Shown: piece by piece, positions 24,266 to 37,975 of the stretch
Numbering within the stretch: the stretch's first letter is position 1
How the letters are laid out: the number at the start of each line of letters is the position of its first letter
NCBI RefSeq assembly: GCF_036321535.1
Contig: NC_087437.1
Coordinates: forward strand, 93,994,001-94,058,000
Reading direction: 5' to 3'
Length of the DNA stretch: 64,000 bases
Origin: Camelus dromedarius
Lineage: Eukaryota
Made by a program: the position numbers and the translations under genes
Notes under the pieces: model-generated
Told to the model about the DNA's origin: nothing
Database searches by the model: none
The model's input: only the letters and a program-made list of their open reading frames with translations

Positions 24266-25329
24266 ATTTGGACTTACTCAGATGGCATTTTACATTTAAA
24301 TTTCACAGTATTTTAATGTAGTTTGCAGCTGATTTGCCTAAACAACAAATATTTAAAAACTGACGATTTAAAATTATATTTAATATTTTGTATTTTTCAT
24401 ATATGGTGGATATGAAAGTGTCTCACCATCATATATTCATATTCCTGACAATTAAATACATTTAGAAGTTTTTCATAAACTTATTGAGCAGTTTTCTCTT
24501 CTATGAATCCTGTTCTAATGTTTTGCCAATAGTTATCTTTAAATTTGTTTCAGATTTATGTATAGAATTATACCAAAGTTGACCAATATGGGGACCACAA
24601 ACTCTGATACACTTCTGTTGTGTGTTTAAATGGGAAAAATAATTTATTAACCAATTTGGCTTTATCTAGTAGTTACAAATACACATTTCTATGAAACTAA
24701 ACTTCTCTTTCTAGGAATATTTCTCTCAAAAAAAAAAAAAAAGACTTGCATATGTAAATAAAGAGCCATGTAACAAGGTTGTATTGTAAGTACATCTGTA
24801 AAAAATGTTAAATAGTCTAAATATGCACCAAAAGGTCCTCATCAGTTTCCAAGATGAGGTCCTTTCAAAATACCAGTTTCTTCTCACTGCTTACTCCTCT
24901 CTCCTCCTGTCTCTACTGAAAATAAGAGTTTTAGCTTACTCTGTGAGCGGTAGCGACACATAAGATTAGAGTTAAAAATCATTTGATAAATAGGACAAAA
25001 ATCAATAGGACAGACTATTTAAATATTCTTTTCTCTAAGTAACCCTACTTTTAAAGAGAGAGCGGTTTACTCGATAATCTCTAATATGTCTTCTGGCTTC
25101 ATATCCAATATCTGCATCTTCCTGAAAGAATCATAGGCTTAAATTTGAAAGTAATATTAATATACTGTTCTCTTAACAAACATAAATTCATTTGTATTGA
25201 ATAATAATTTTTTTTAGCATAACTGCTTAAATTGTATAGAGTAGGGCAGAGAGAGAGAGAGAGAATACAGAGAGAGAGAGATTTCTGAATTATTAACTGG
25301 TTATCCCAAACTGGTTGTAAAAAAGCAGA

Positions 25330-28300
25330 GACAGAGTGAATACCTAAGAATGGGATGGTTGGATCATGAATGATTAACTTTTAAGAGAATTCCAAACTAC
25401 TTTCCAAGTTGTGCAATCTTAGATTCCACCAGCTCTGGCTCCTCCACTTCCTCACCGTTAGATGATACGTTCATTCTTTTTCATCTTAGTCATTCCAAAA
25501 GGTGTGTAGTAGTTTTTCATTGTGGTTTTAATTATATTTTCTTAATGACCAATACAGCTGAGAAACCTTAACCTGTACTTGTTTGCCATTCATACGTCTT
25601 CCTAAGTGAAGAGTCTAGTCAAATCATTTGCCCATATTTTTAAAATATACTTTTGGGTTTAGAATAGTTTTAAATTTACATACAAGTTGAACACATGGTA
25701 CAGAAAATGCCCATACATGTCTTATGCACTTTCCCTTTGGTTAACAGCTTATATTAATAATATAAATGTGTCACAATTACTGAAGCAGTTGATAGATTAT
25801 CATTAACTAAAGTCCATAGTTTACTCATATGTCCTTAGTTTTATGTAATGTGCTTTTCCTGCTCCAGAATCTCATTTATCATATCAAGTGACATTTAGTT
25901 GCCATGTCTCTATGAGCTCCTCTTGCCTGTGACAGTTTCTCAGACTTTTCTTGTTTTTAAAAACCTTGACAGTTTTGAAACATACTGATCAGGTACTTTA
26001 TGGATAGTCCCTCAGTTTGGGTTCACACTACATTTTTCTCCTGAGTACAGCAGAGGTGTGTGTTTAGAGGAAGATCACAGAGATAAGGTACCATTTCCGT
26101 CATGTTATATCAAGGGACATGCCGTCATGACTTACCAGTGCTGGTGCTAACCTTGAGCGCCTGGCTAAGGCAGTGCTCCACAGTTTCTCCAGTGTAAATG
26201 CACCCCTTCCCCCAGACCCTTACACACTATACTCATTGGAACAAAGTCCCAAAGCACAGCCCACACTTAAGGAGCATGCAGTTATGTTCCATTTCTTTCA
26301 GAGCAGAGGATCCACACTAATTATTTGAACTTTTACATGATTTATTCACATCAGTGTGGACTCATGGGTATTTATTTCATCCTGTGGCTTGTAACCAATA
26401 CTGCTTTGTTTGGATGCTCAAAATTGTTCCAGCTGTGGCCACTAGGGGCTCTATTAGGTGTTTCCTGTGTCCCTTCTTGGTGGTATATATTTTGAGCAGT
26501 TTCTTACTTTCCAGCACTAGAAAATGGTCCAGATTTGTCTTGTATACTTCCTTTTTGAGCCCTAAAGTAGGCCTTTTCTTCAAGAAGACCTAGTTCCTTT
26601 TACTGGAAAATAGTAGAAACAATATCTGGGTGTGAGGTCTGTCCATTGCTACTAGGGTCTCAAGGCTTCTAGGCCCTGTCAGCAGACATATGCATGTGTA
26701 TACTAACCTGTGTGTGTACCTGCCTGTTAGTATTTCCCTGTGTGTCTTCTGCATCTTTATTGAACCAGCATGAAAGTTCATATTGATGCCTCTAACCCTC
26801 ATCTAATACCACAGGGATCATCCTAGCCTTCTCGCATTTTTTGCTTGTAATCTCCTCCTCAAGTAGTGAGGAACCTGGCTCCCGTCATATGCTACCCATG
26901 TAATTAATGTATGGTGGAATGGAATGTTCAGTTCCAGTACATAAGTATAGTGGTTTCAGAACGTATAACCCATACACACTATGGAAATAATTTTATCAAC
27001 TAGAGCACTGCGCTCATACACAGTTTTCTTTGCTTTTAGTCTTATAGTCCCCACTCATTTTCAAAGTTACTTGGGTCAGGTATCCCCACTCCAACTTTTG
27101 TGAGGTTATTTCATACATTGTAATATAGTTTGATCTTTTTTTCAGAGTCTGAATTCCATTTTAGGATCCACTGACCTCTTAAATTAGTTATTTTTTTTTA
27201 AATTTTCATAGATTTGAGTTTACTCTTGGAGTTAAAAGTCTATGAGTTTTGACAAATGCATAGTGTCAAGATTTATCCATCAATACAGAATCAGACCAAA
27301 TGGTTTAAATTCCCTAAAAATTCAGGTATTTCTTCTCTTCAACACTTTTCTCCTTCCCAAACTCCTATCTAACATTGATCTCTTTGCCAACTCTATACAT
27401 CTACAGAAAGGCATGTAACTGTGCAGAATGCAACCTTTTTAGCCTGATTCTTCCACTTTGCAATATGATTAAGATCCATCTATACTTTTGCATGATTTGA
27501 CATCTCATTGCTTTTTTAGATGAATATTATTACATTGTAGCAATGCACTGTAGTTTATTATTCACTCACCTATTGAAGGACATTTGCTGGCTTCCAGTTT
27601 TTGTTGATTATGAAAGTAGGTTCTATACGCTGCCTCATGAAGGTTTTGTGTAGACATGTGCTTTCAAATAAGATAATAAATATCTTGGAGCAAGATTTCT
27701 GGTTGTATGGGAAGATTGTTTTGGACTTTATAAGAAATTTTTAAAAATCTCTCCAAAGTGTATGTTTAACACTTGGAAAAATGACTCTTGTTGCTCTGCA
27801 TTCTTGCTAGCAGTTCATTTTGTCAGTTTGATTTTGTTTTTGGATTTTAGCCATTCTAATAGTTATGCAGTAGAACTTCACTGTTTTAATTTGCATTCTC
27901 CTAATGACAAATGATTCTGAGCGTCTTCTCAGATGTTGTCATCTGCGTATCTTCTTTCATGAGACATTCACTCAGGTCTCCTGCCCAGTTTTTAAATGCA
28001 TTATTCGCTTACTTGTAAGAGTTCTTCAAGTATTTTGAATACAAGTCTTTCATAATACATGTGATTTTAAAATATTTTATCCTAGTCCATGTGTTTTCAT
28101 TCTTACCAGTATCTTTCACAGAGTAAAGTTTTTAATGTTCAAAGTGTAATTTATTAAATTTTTCCTTTATGAAGCATGCTTTTGGTGTTCTATCTAAAAA
28201 ATCATTATGAAACCTAATGTTATGGATATTCTCATATATGTTCTTCTAGAAATTTTATATTTGTGCATTTTATGTGCAGGTCTATGATCTATTTTTAGCT

Positions 28301-30960
28301 AGTTTTGTGTAAGTAAATAGTATTTTTTGCATATTGATATTCCATTTTCCATCACTGTTTATTGAAAAGACTGCTTTTACCATTGAATTGCCCTTGTACC
28401 TTTGTCAAGATTCAGTTGAATATATGTATTTTCAGACTATTTCTATAGCAGTCTACTTTATTGCAAATGGTATATTTTATTTCAAATTCCAGTTGTTCAT
28501 TGCTGACCTATAGGTATATAATTGACCTTTTTAAAGATCCTGTAGCCTGCTAACTTGCTATACTTGCTTTTAGTTTCAGGAGTTGTTTTGGGTCTTCTTT
28601 TTTTTTTTTTTTTTTTTTTTTTTTGGTCATTCTTTGAGGATATCCTTGCTCTGTTTCCAATCTTATAGGGAAATACACTCTCGCTATTAAATGTTATGTT
28701 AGTCATATGTTTTTTAATTTATTTTATTAGTTTCAAAAGTTTTTCTTTCTTGTTTTTTGAGAGGTTTTATTTTGACTGTCTGAAATTAGAACTTTTCAAA
28801 TGTTTTTCTGTATCTATTGATATGATTAAAATTTTTCTCTTATTCAATTTGTCATGTATCAATCTTGCATTCCTAGAATAATCACAATTGGTCATGATTG
28901 CTTTCCTGATCTATATATTTCTGGGTTCAGTTTTCTAATATTTTGTGAATGATTTTTTTTGTATAAGTTTATAAGAAATATTGGTCTATAGTCTTTCTTT
29001 TTTCTTTCAGTGTCTTTATTAGAGTTTGGTATTAAGGTAAACTGGTCTCAGTTGGGAAATGTCCCCTCTACTTATGTTTTCTGTATGATATTACGCAGAG
29101 TTAGTACTATTATTTTCTACATGTTGGGTATATTCACCACTGTAACCATCTGGGTCTGTTGCTTTCTGTATTTGATGGTTATTAATTATTGATTCAATTT
29201 CTATAATAGATATAGAACTAAGTTCTTTATTTTTTTCTGTGTGAGTGGTGATAGTATGTGTCTTTGAAAGAGTTGGTCCATTTCATTTAAGTTATCAAAT
29301 CTGTGAATATAGAGTTGTTTAAATGGTACTCCCTTTTTTGTTTGTTTTATTGAAGTATAGTTAATTTACAAAGTTGTGTTAATTTCAAGTATACAGCAGT
29401 GATTCAGTTACACACAAACATATGTATTTTTTTCTTTTTATATTTTTAATGTCCATTGGATCAAAAATGATCACTTTATTTCTGGTATTGGCAATTTGTA
29501 TCTTTTCCCTTTTTATCAGTGTTATTCTGGATAGAGATTTGTCAATTTTGTTGATCTTTTCAAAGAGCCAACTTTTGGTTTTGTTAATTTTCTCTATTAG
29601 TGTCCTCTTTCAAATTTTATTCACTCTAGATTTAATATGATCACCTTTCTATAATTTTCTATGATGGAAATCTAGGTTATTTTATATATTCTTCATTTTC
29701 AATATATACATCAATGGTGTATCTCTCTAATTGCTCTTTTACTGTACCCTACAAATATTGAAAAGGCTTTTTTCCCCTTTTCATTTAGTTTAAAATATTT
29801 TTTAATTTCTCTAGAGACTTCTTTGATAACTAGACTATTTAGAAATGTGTTGTTTAGTTTTCAAAGATTTGGGCATTTTGCAATTTCTAATATTAATGTT
29901 TTGATTTTTTTGTTTAAATTTTTTGTGGCCTCAACGCCTATTTTGTACGATTTTTTATTATTTTTGTAGAATGTGTTTTATGTCCAGAAAGTGCTCTATC
30001 TCTATTATAATTTTATTTCGTTTATAATAAGGATTGAAATAAGTAGGCCTTAAATACGAAGTTGTATGTTAATCTAGTTAAGAGCCAGGCTGTGTTTAAT
30101 ATTTGCTGTGTTTATAGGTGTCAGAGGTTACAAATTCCTCTAGAGTTTTAGGTTTTCCTTTCTCTTCGTTAAGTTGCTCCTCAGAGAGATCCTGCATCTT
30201 GCATCTCCTTCAGCTGCAATCCAGTGTTATTATGCTAGAACCTTGTGAGGAAGTGGTAAGGTATGGAGAAAGAAGCATTCTGTAATCTTTCAATTAAGTC
30301 TCAGTCCTTTAGTGAGCTTGTATTTCAGGACTGTGACTTTCACTATTGTTTCTGACTTCTTTTAGTTGTATAAATATCTTTTCTCTGTTCCCTACCGCCT
30401 TCCCTATCTGCAATCGGTTTATTGAAGCCCTATCTCCTGCTACCTATGCCCCAGCACCCCACCTCAGGTGACTCAGAAAAGTCAGAGAGGACTGGAACCA
30501 GAAGTATCCCTTTTTCACAGGCAGAATAAGGTTTAAAGTCACATCCCCTGGAGAGTGGACTTCAGTTATGAAGGTGTCTCTGACAGTATTTCATAATGGA
30601 TGTGTTTCCCTGCCCCTCAGATCCAGGAGGGGATCTTGTTCAGTCTCTACTGTAAGAATCTGATCAAGTTCCTGGAGGGAAATCTCACAGAATTACGTGT
30701 GTGTGTGTGTGTGTGTGTGTATAGGCAGAGGAGAGGGGTTGTACCGAGATTGCAGCCCCTAGGGGTTTCTCACTCTCAAGTAAGCTCACACTCAGGCCCC
30801 AGCATTCGATCAAAATTGCACTAAGGTGTTCCTACCTGTTTATGACGCCAATTGTTTCTGCTTCAGATGAGCTCCTCTCAACTCTCTGGATACGCTTGAT
30901 TCTCCAGATTGTGATTTGGCAGTTTGCGCTGTTTGTCTCAGTTCTCTGATGGGCCCATAA
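25330..30960 (-). mobile_element. Long composite old L1 (L1MC-type 3' end, ORF2 and 5' fragments), antisense
   Basis: L1MC 3'UTR ('cattaactaaagtccatagtttactca', 'gtgacagtttctcagactttt'), ORF2-end and RT antisense motifs ('ttccagtttttgttgattatgaa', 'gatatccttgct..tccaatcttatagggaaa', 'ttgatcttttcaaagagccaactttt'). Confidence 0.8.
29335..29435 (-). mobile_element. Short young L1 3'-tail fragment nested in the old L1
   Basis: 'tttattgaagtatagttaatttacaaagttgtgttaatttcaagtatacagcagtgattcagtta', same family as the 23495 copy. Confidence 0.75.
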
Positions 30961-31084
30961 CTATAGTGCAACTCTTTTACAGGGATATTTATTGCCCACA
31001 TTTAATTACATGTAAGGTATATATGAGAATTTGTATCAGTAAACTTGTTGACTGTTTCAAGCAATACAAAATCATTACATCTAC

Positions 31085-31580
31085 CCCAAAATAGAATATA
31101 TATTCTTTTCAAGTGCACATGGAATATTCTCTAGGAGAGACCCCATACTTGGGCACAGAAGAAGCCTCAACAAATCTAAGAGGATAGGAATTATTTCAAG
31201 CATCTTTTCTGACCACAATGACATGAAACTAGAAATCAACCACAGGAAAACAAATGAGAAAAAAACAATGGCATGGAGACTAGGCAACATGCTACTAAAA
31301 AGCCAATGGGTCAAGGATGAAGTCAAAGAAGAAATTTAAAAATGCTTTGAGACAAACAACAATGAAAACACAACCACACAAAATGTATGGGATCCAGCAA
31401 AAACAGTCCTAAGAGGGAAGTTCATAGCAATACAGGCCTTCCTCAAAAAACAAGATCAATCTCAAATAAACAACCTAACCTACCACCTAAAAGAATTAGA
31501 AAAAGATGAACAAACAAACTTAAAGTCAGAAGAAGGAAAGAAATAATAAGAATTAGGGAGGAAATAAATAAAATAGAGAT
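31085..31580 (+). mobile_element. Internal L1 ORF2 endonuclease-region fragment
   Basis: Translates to EYIFFSSAHGIFSRRDPILGH...IISSIFSDHNDMKLEIN (L1 APE-type EN motif SDH) and continues to 'gaaataaataaaatagag'. Confidence 0.9.
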
Positions 31581-31659
31581 AATAATTGTCTAATACAGAA
31601 TCTATTATATGTATATTTCAATTTAGAATCCATGACATAGGTAGGAATATGTGACCTAG

Positions 31660-31920
31660 TAGTTAATATTAGGACCTTTGGTGTCAAAAAGACCTAAGTT
31701 TCAATCCTGAACAAAAATTTGGGAAGATTTTTTACTGCAAAACAGAAATAATGATATTTTATAGGATATTTGTAAAGAGTAAAGGAGATAATGGATACAT
31801 CTACTACAGTATATAGCTTATAAGAAATGTTCAATAAATTATAATCATTATTATGAATCCTGCTTTATAGATAAGACACTGAGGACTAAAGTGGCTAAGG
31901 GCTTGCCCATGTCTCCAAAA
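31660..31920. mobile_element. Two MIR fragments in opposite orientations
   Basis: 'aagacctaagtttcaatcctg...ggatatttgtaaagagtaaaggagataatg' (+), then 'tttatagataagacactgagg..aagtggctaagggcttgccca' (-). Confidence 0.6.
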
Positions 31921-34807
31921 AAACATCGATGTTATGTTTTTCTTAAAGGGGATAAAAGGAAGCAAATGGGAGAAGAATAACAAGTAAATAAAAAGCAAAG
32001 TTTCAAAATGATTATGCAGAAAAATTGTTTTAGGAAGAGATGAGTAGAAATTCATCACATTGTGTTGGGATAGAGTAAGAAAAGTCTCTGTGAATGAATA
32101 GTATTTAGTTGTTGAGGAAACTGTAGAATTTTCACAGATGAACACAGAATAGCTATGTAACAAAGCTGTAATCAGTGGATTTTATGCAGGAAAACTGCAA
32201 ACAGTGCAGTGTTTCTGGAGAAGAGCGTTCACATTGATGAGTATCAAGAATTTAAATGAAAGGCTAGGCTTTCTGGGAGAGATAAAGAGAACTTAATTGA
32301 GTATTTCATCTTTTTAATTTTTTAATTGGGAAGTCATGTAATAAAATGCACAGCCGATTTTAAAGTATCCGTTTTATTTTTCCTGCATGGATTTAAATTC
32401 AATATTCAATTGTTCATGAAGATGAAAAAGCAAAATCTGAGAAAGGGGCTATAACAATAAATAATCTAAGCAAAGGGTTACTGAAACCAGTGGAACAAAA
32501 GTACAATAGTGAAGTTCAAGACAAGACACACAGGTAAATAAATCGGTGGGGTGTTATAAGAAAAGAAGTATAAACATTAACAAAGTAGATATATTTTACC
32601 CCAAAATATGAAGGTTATCCTGATTTTGGATGCCCTTTCTTAATTTCCCTTGTAAAATAGTTCGTGATTGGTCGTGGAGCCAAAGATGAACAGACATTTC
32701 AAAGCAGATAATAGCACATATCCTGTTTGAATTTTTCAGTATCATGTAATGAAATATTTACAGAAGTCATGAGTAATGGTGTCTACTTACTGAGAAGATA
32801 AGGGTTAACAGTTGTTTTCAGATAACAACATTAAATATTTATTTTTTAACTTAGTATTCTTAGTTTTCAATATTTATAAATTGATTCTTGGAAACAAAGC
32901 ACTAGGCATCACATGAGCTTGAGGACTTGGTGGGAAATACCCATCGTGGCCACTAGGCATTTCAATGCAATTAAAAAAAATATTTAAAAGGCAGTAGATT
33001 TTTGAAGATACATTTGACTGTTTTTTATCTAGTGACATATGGATTGTTTCTTTGTGAGGTTACAGTTATTCTAATAATCCATTTCTCAAGCCTACTCATA
33101 CTTTTCATTATACATTCAATTCTTCTTCAAAGTAGTAAACTAGAAATAAATACACTCAAAACCAGCCTGAATTTTATTAGAATTAAATTACTTACTTAGA
33201 TGTGAAGAGAATGTCAAAGCAGCAGCAAATGATTATTCTTTCAGCCATATGAGATCTTTTTTAACCATTTCTACTCTCTTCCCCTGTTTGTAGGCTGTGT
33301 GAATAGATTAAATCTCCCTGTTAATACTGAGGTCTGCATGCCTTGTCTATGGACCATTTAAAACTATTTGTAGTGATATTTTTGTTAGGATATATATTTT
33401 AGAAGTAAACCAAAGCCAAAAGAGCGAGCAAATACATGTGAGCCTCTCAAATGCATGACTCTTTAATTTCTTCAAATTATATGCAGAGATAAATATTTTC
33501 TTAACTAAAGGTTATTTTAAATGTAATTTGAGTGTTTCTTTTAAGTGTGTTGCTGACCAAATGTTATGAAAAAGACAAGAGCGTAGGGGATTCTTTATTA
33601 GTAAAGGCAGGGGTTAAGGGAGAATTACCAAATGGATTCCTAAAAAGGCTACTTTCACCTCAGCTCAGTAAACATGATGGCTGCTGTCTGGACTAAAGAT
33701 GCATTTTGTTTTCTCTCTGGCTTTCTTTGCTGGTGGAGAAAGCTAAGTAATGCTGCTGTCTTTTCAGTCATCCTTATCATAAACGATCCCTCTGTGTGGC
33801 ATGTGTTAATTATTTCAACTGGCTCTTTTTCTCTCTATTAGATTAATAGTTGCTAATTATGATTCCTCTCTCCTGCACTGCTATTGTGTACACATTTCTA
33901 ATTCTCTTCATTACACCAGTGAGTATGTATAATTATGGTTACAAGTTATCCATTTATCTTTTCAAGGACAGTGAGCAATGTGATGCTGTGAAGGCCTGGA
34001 ATGTGTGTGTGTGTGTGGTTGTGGTTGTGTATGCGTATGGGAGAGAGAGAGAAAGATACAAGGAGAACATGAATATCTTGGATAAACATAAACTACATAG
34101 TGAATAAAACACATACACAAATGAATATAATTTATTTACATTTTTTATGTTAAAAAACAGGCAAAAATAAATCAATACTATTCTGATCTTATTGTAAGCA
34201 TTTAGTCTGAACCCTGAGTGAGCACATCACCCTGCAGCTCAAATATCTTCTCCAACCTGCTGTGGACCCAGACGCTTCATTCTGCTTGGACACTTGAAGA
34301 ATTCATATTCCATAATTAGTGACATGGCTAAACCATGAAGATACACAATATGTAAACTAAAATTCACAACATGTTGCAGAATTTTATAATGTTCAGTAGA
34401 AGTTTGGTGAGGGTAATAGAGAAGACTCAGACAAATTAAGGTGAAGGGCTAGTCACTCTCAAGAGGAACAGTGACAGAAAACAAGTAAGTGTTCTGAGAA
34501 TAGCAACTTCCTTCCAACTCCTAAAAAAAATATCATTTTTGTAGTTAATTTTGTACAAGAATAACACAACAATTAGAAGCCAGAACAAAATTAAATAAGC
34601 AGGAAAATATGTTCTTTAATTTTTTTGTGTGCTTTTTCTAAAAACTTTAAGAAACATTTTTGAAGCAAATTGGACAGTTCCACATCATCAGCTCAAAACC
34701 CTCCACCTTTAGAGGCAAGAGGTTGTTGCTGGTGTTCCCTTTATCTTCTCTTCCTCTCACATATGAGAAGAGTACCAGTGAGCCAACAGGTCCAACCCTG
34801 ATGGCTT

Positions 34808-37310
34808 TGTAAAAAATTAATCAACAGAAATGTCAATTAAATATAGTAGGGAGTCCAGAAGAGAGTGCTCTTGTGCCCTGTGATATTAGCAGAGCCCAAT
34901 AGGAATAAGAAAGACTCTTCCTCTTTCCTGGCAAGGACTCAGCCAAAGAAAAGTCATGGGCTCTTTGTTTACCAGAGCCCTCCAACTTCCTTCCCTCTCT
35001 ATGGAAGTGTCCTCCTTTCCTTGCCATGCAGAGACTCACACATGCCTGCAGACCCTGAATTGCAATACTATCCTGATTCCAGGTAAATCTGTCTTGGTTG
35101 GAGAAACATCTGGCATTCCTTTTGTTTTAGGTCAACATTTTGGTGGCTTATGGAGGGGGGCAGAGAAGACCCCAGAAGTTTCCAGGACTGGTGAGCAAAC
35201 AGACACAGTTCCCACAACTGAGCACATTGTGGCTCACTACTTTTCTCACCAACGCTGGGGTTTGAAGGAACAGCATTATCCTGGATCCTACCTCCCAATT
35301 CTCTTTGCCTTTGAAGCTCTCCAGACTTTATTCTGGATCTGTTTCAAGATTGTGTGTTTCTGGTTAAGGCCTGTTCTGCATGCAAGTGCTTGTTTGCCAT
35401 TTTGGTCTCACTTTGAGACTAGACCGTTTCCATTGAAGCTGCCTAGACTTTGGACCATTCCTTTGAGAACAAGGGCTGCTTCACTGAAACTCTGTCAGTT
35501 CAGTCATCACTCCCATTTCTTTGGCTCCTACTTAGTCAGCCGCCAGCTTCAGTATGAGCAAAATCTCCAACTGATCCTGGCAGAATTCTTAGTGCAGCTC
35601 CCATCTTTAGCTATTGTTAAGATTCTTAGGCATTCTAAACTTGACTGCTTGGAAGCTAGGGGGAATCATCTTGCTGACCTTTCTGGAATGAATGTTGTCC
35701 TTAAAGTGACGAACAGCAGCCAAACCTCCATCATGGTCCAAAGAAATACTTCCCTCAGAAAATCAGCCTCAGAAAAGGAACAATAAGAATGAAAATTCAA
35801 TACTTGTTGGTTTAATAAAAAGTTCTGGTTTGGACCAAATAACAACCCATCCCTACCAGAGACTCTGAAATTTCCACTTTTCGCCAGTGTACATGCATTA
35901 GACCATAGGTCTACTGACCAGTGTTAGTCTTCATGGATCAGTATTGGTGGGGAAACATGGACAAACCCACAAAAAGTGCCTACGTCACTTGTCCCACTTG
36001 TCTGAAGTACAACCCAGAGAAGCCTATTAGTACTGCTCCGGCAAATTTCAAACTGCCCAATGGACCTTTTGAGTTCTGGCAAATGGATTCCATGCAAACT
36101 GTGTCTAATGGATATAAACATAGTCTCTGTGTTTTCACACTGGGCTGAGGTCTTGCCTTACAAAAAGGCTACTGTCTCTTCTGTGGCTAATGCATTTATG
36201 GAGATGATCTCTATCTGGGAAACTCCTCTCAAACTTCATAGTAACTGAAAAACCCATTTTATGGTTAGGTAATTCAATGAGACTGCATTGTTTGGCTGGT
36301 TTTACAACCTCTTTCCTGTGCTTACCACCCTCAAGCCTCTAGTTTAGTCAGTTGCACTAATGGCATTCCTAAGACTTGAAAAATTTTGTAGAGGTCCTCC
36401 AAATACCTTAACCCAATGCATTATTGTTGGTCGTTTCAAATTTTATATATATCCCTTTGTGGCTAATAAACTCTCACCCTTTGAAATAGTCACAGGATGC
36501 CCAATGCACATGGTTTCTGCCTCTTTTGACTCACAGCTGATAAAAGGAGAGATACTCCAATATTGCAAAGGCCTAATTGCTCTATTAAAAATAATTTAAT
36601 TTGGTGACCTGAAAGTAAAGATTTCTCTGAATTGAAGCAGACAACATCTGATGAGACAGTTTCCCAAGGTATTTGGATTAGGCCTGTTGGAAGTTTGTTG
36701 CCAAACATCTGATGATGAGATAATGCTTCAGATGATACCCAATGTCTGTGATCTTAATAACATAAGATAAAGACTTTAGATAAAAAGTGCTTGAGATTTC
36801 TTCCTTCTAATGCTCGTTACTCAAATGTGAACTTAATATGTTTCCCATCTATACACTTTCCCTCTGACATGAAACACTATACCCAGGAAAAAAAAAAGCC
36901 ACTGAAACTAGAAAATCTGACTCTTGATCAGTGATGCTGTCAGAAAAAAGTTCTGATCAAAAGGGGAAAATGTAAAAAATTAATAAACAGAAACTTCAAT
37001 TAAATAGACTTGGGAAACCAGAAAGGGGAGTTCTCACACCCTGTGATGATGAAAGGACCCAACCACAAGAAGAAAGTCTCCTCTTCTTTCCTGGCAAGGG
37101 CTCACCAATGACAACCGTGGACTTTTCATACACTATGGTTCTCCCAGCTTCCTTTTCTGCTCTGTAGAAGCATTCGCCTTTCCTCGCTGTGTGGGACTTG
37201 CACAATGCTTCACCATGTTCACAGACCCCAAATTGCAATTCTCTGCTGATCCCAAATAAATCTATTTTTGCTAGAGACATATCTGGCAGACTATTTGCCT
37301 TAGGTTAGTA
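34808..37310 (+). mobile_element. Internally deleted ERV1-class provirus (~2.5 kb): 5'LTR 34808-35137, PBS ~35141, pol remnant, PPT, 3'LTR 36971-37310
   Basis: Two homologous LTRs. 'tggtggc' follows the 5'LTR (tRNA-Ile-like PBS start); PPT 'aaaaggggaaaa' precedes the 3'LTR. Flanks gctt/actt are a 3-of-4 TSD match. Confidence 0.9.
35590..36590 (+). pseudogene. pol: Retroviral pol remnant (RNase H end and integrase)
   Basis: LAIVKILRHSK..EARGNHLAD (RNase H C-terminus); YWWG..CPTCLKYNP..PNGPFEFWQMD (integrase Zn finger into core); FSHWAEVLP; AYHPQAS; LSPFEIVTGCPM. Frameshifted. Confidence 0.9.
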
Positions 37311-37788
37311 ACTTTTAAAGTAGATTTGTCAGACACTTTGCTAGTGGGATTCTGATCTTTATCTACTTGAGAGGGGAAGAGATGTGTAATTATCATTCCT
37401 AATCTTTTCAACCTATGAACTCTTCCTTTTTATGTAAATTCATACTTCTACAACGTTTTGATCCCATCAGCCAGACTATTGCCTTACTTAATGCTACATT
37501 CTTAACCTTTTATAGATCTATTAGCACTTAGCATATTGTAAATACTTGTTTATGTATATCTGATTCTATTCCTAGACAATAAGCTTTATGATATTAGAGT
37601 ACTATTGAAATTATTCATAGCCTCAATTAATAGTATAAGGCCTGGATTGATGAAGTCAATCATTTAAAAAGAATTCTATGTGTCTACTACCCATCACATA
37701 TTGAGCTAGGTAGCACTGTTACAATCATAAGTTAAAGCCACTCCCTCAGGCAAGATAAAGAAGCAAAGAAGAATTAAACAAAAACAAA

Positions 37789-37792
<4 letters not shown>

Positions 37793-37836
<44 letters not shown>

Positions 37837-37901
37837 TATATATGGAATATACATGAAACATATGCAACATGTCCAACATATAATATTTAAGAAAATAACA
37901 T

Positions 37902-37949
<48 letters not shown>

Positions 37950-37975
37950 CACACACATACACATATATATATATA
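37793..37975 (+). repeat. Compound (TA)n/(CA)n microsatellite, two blocks
   Basis: Seen directly. Confidence 0.95.
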
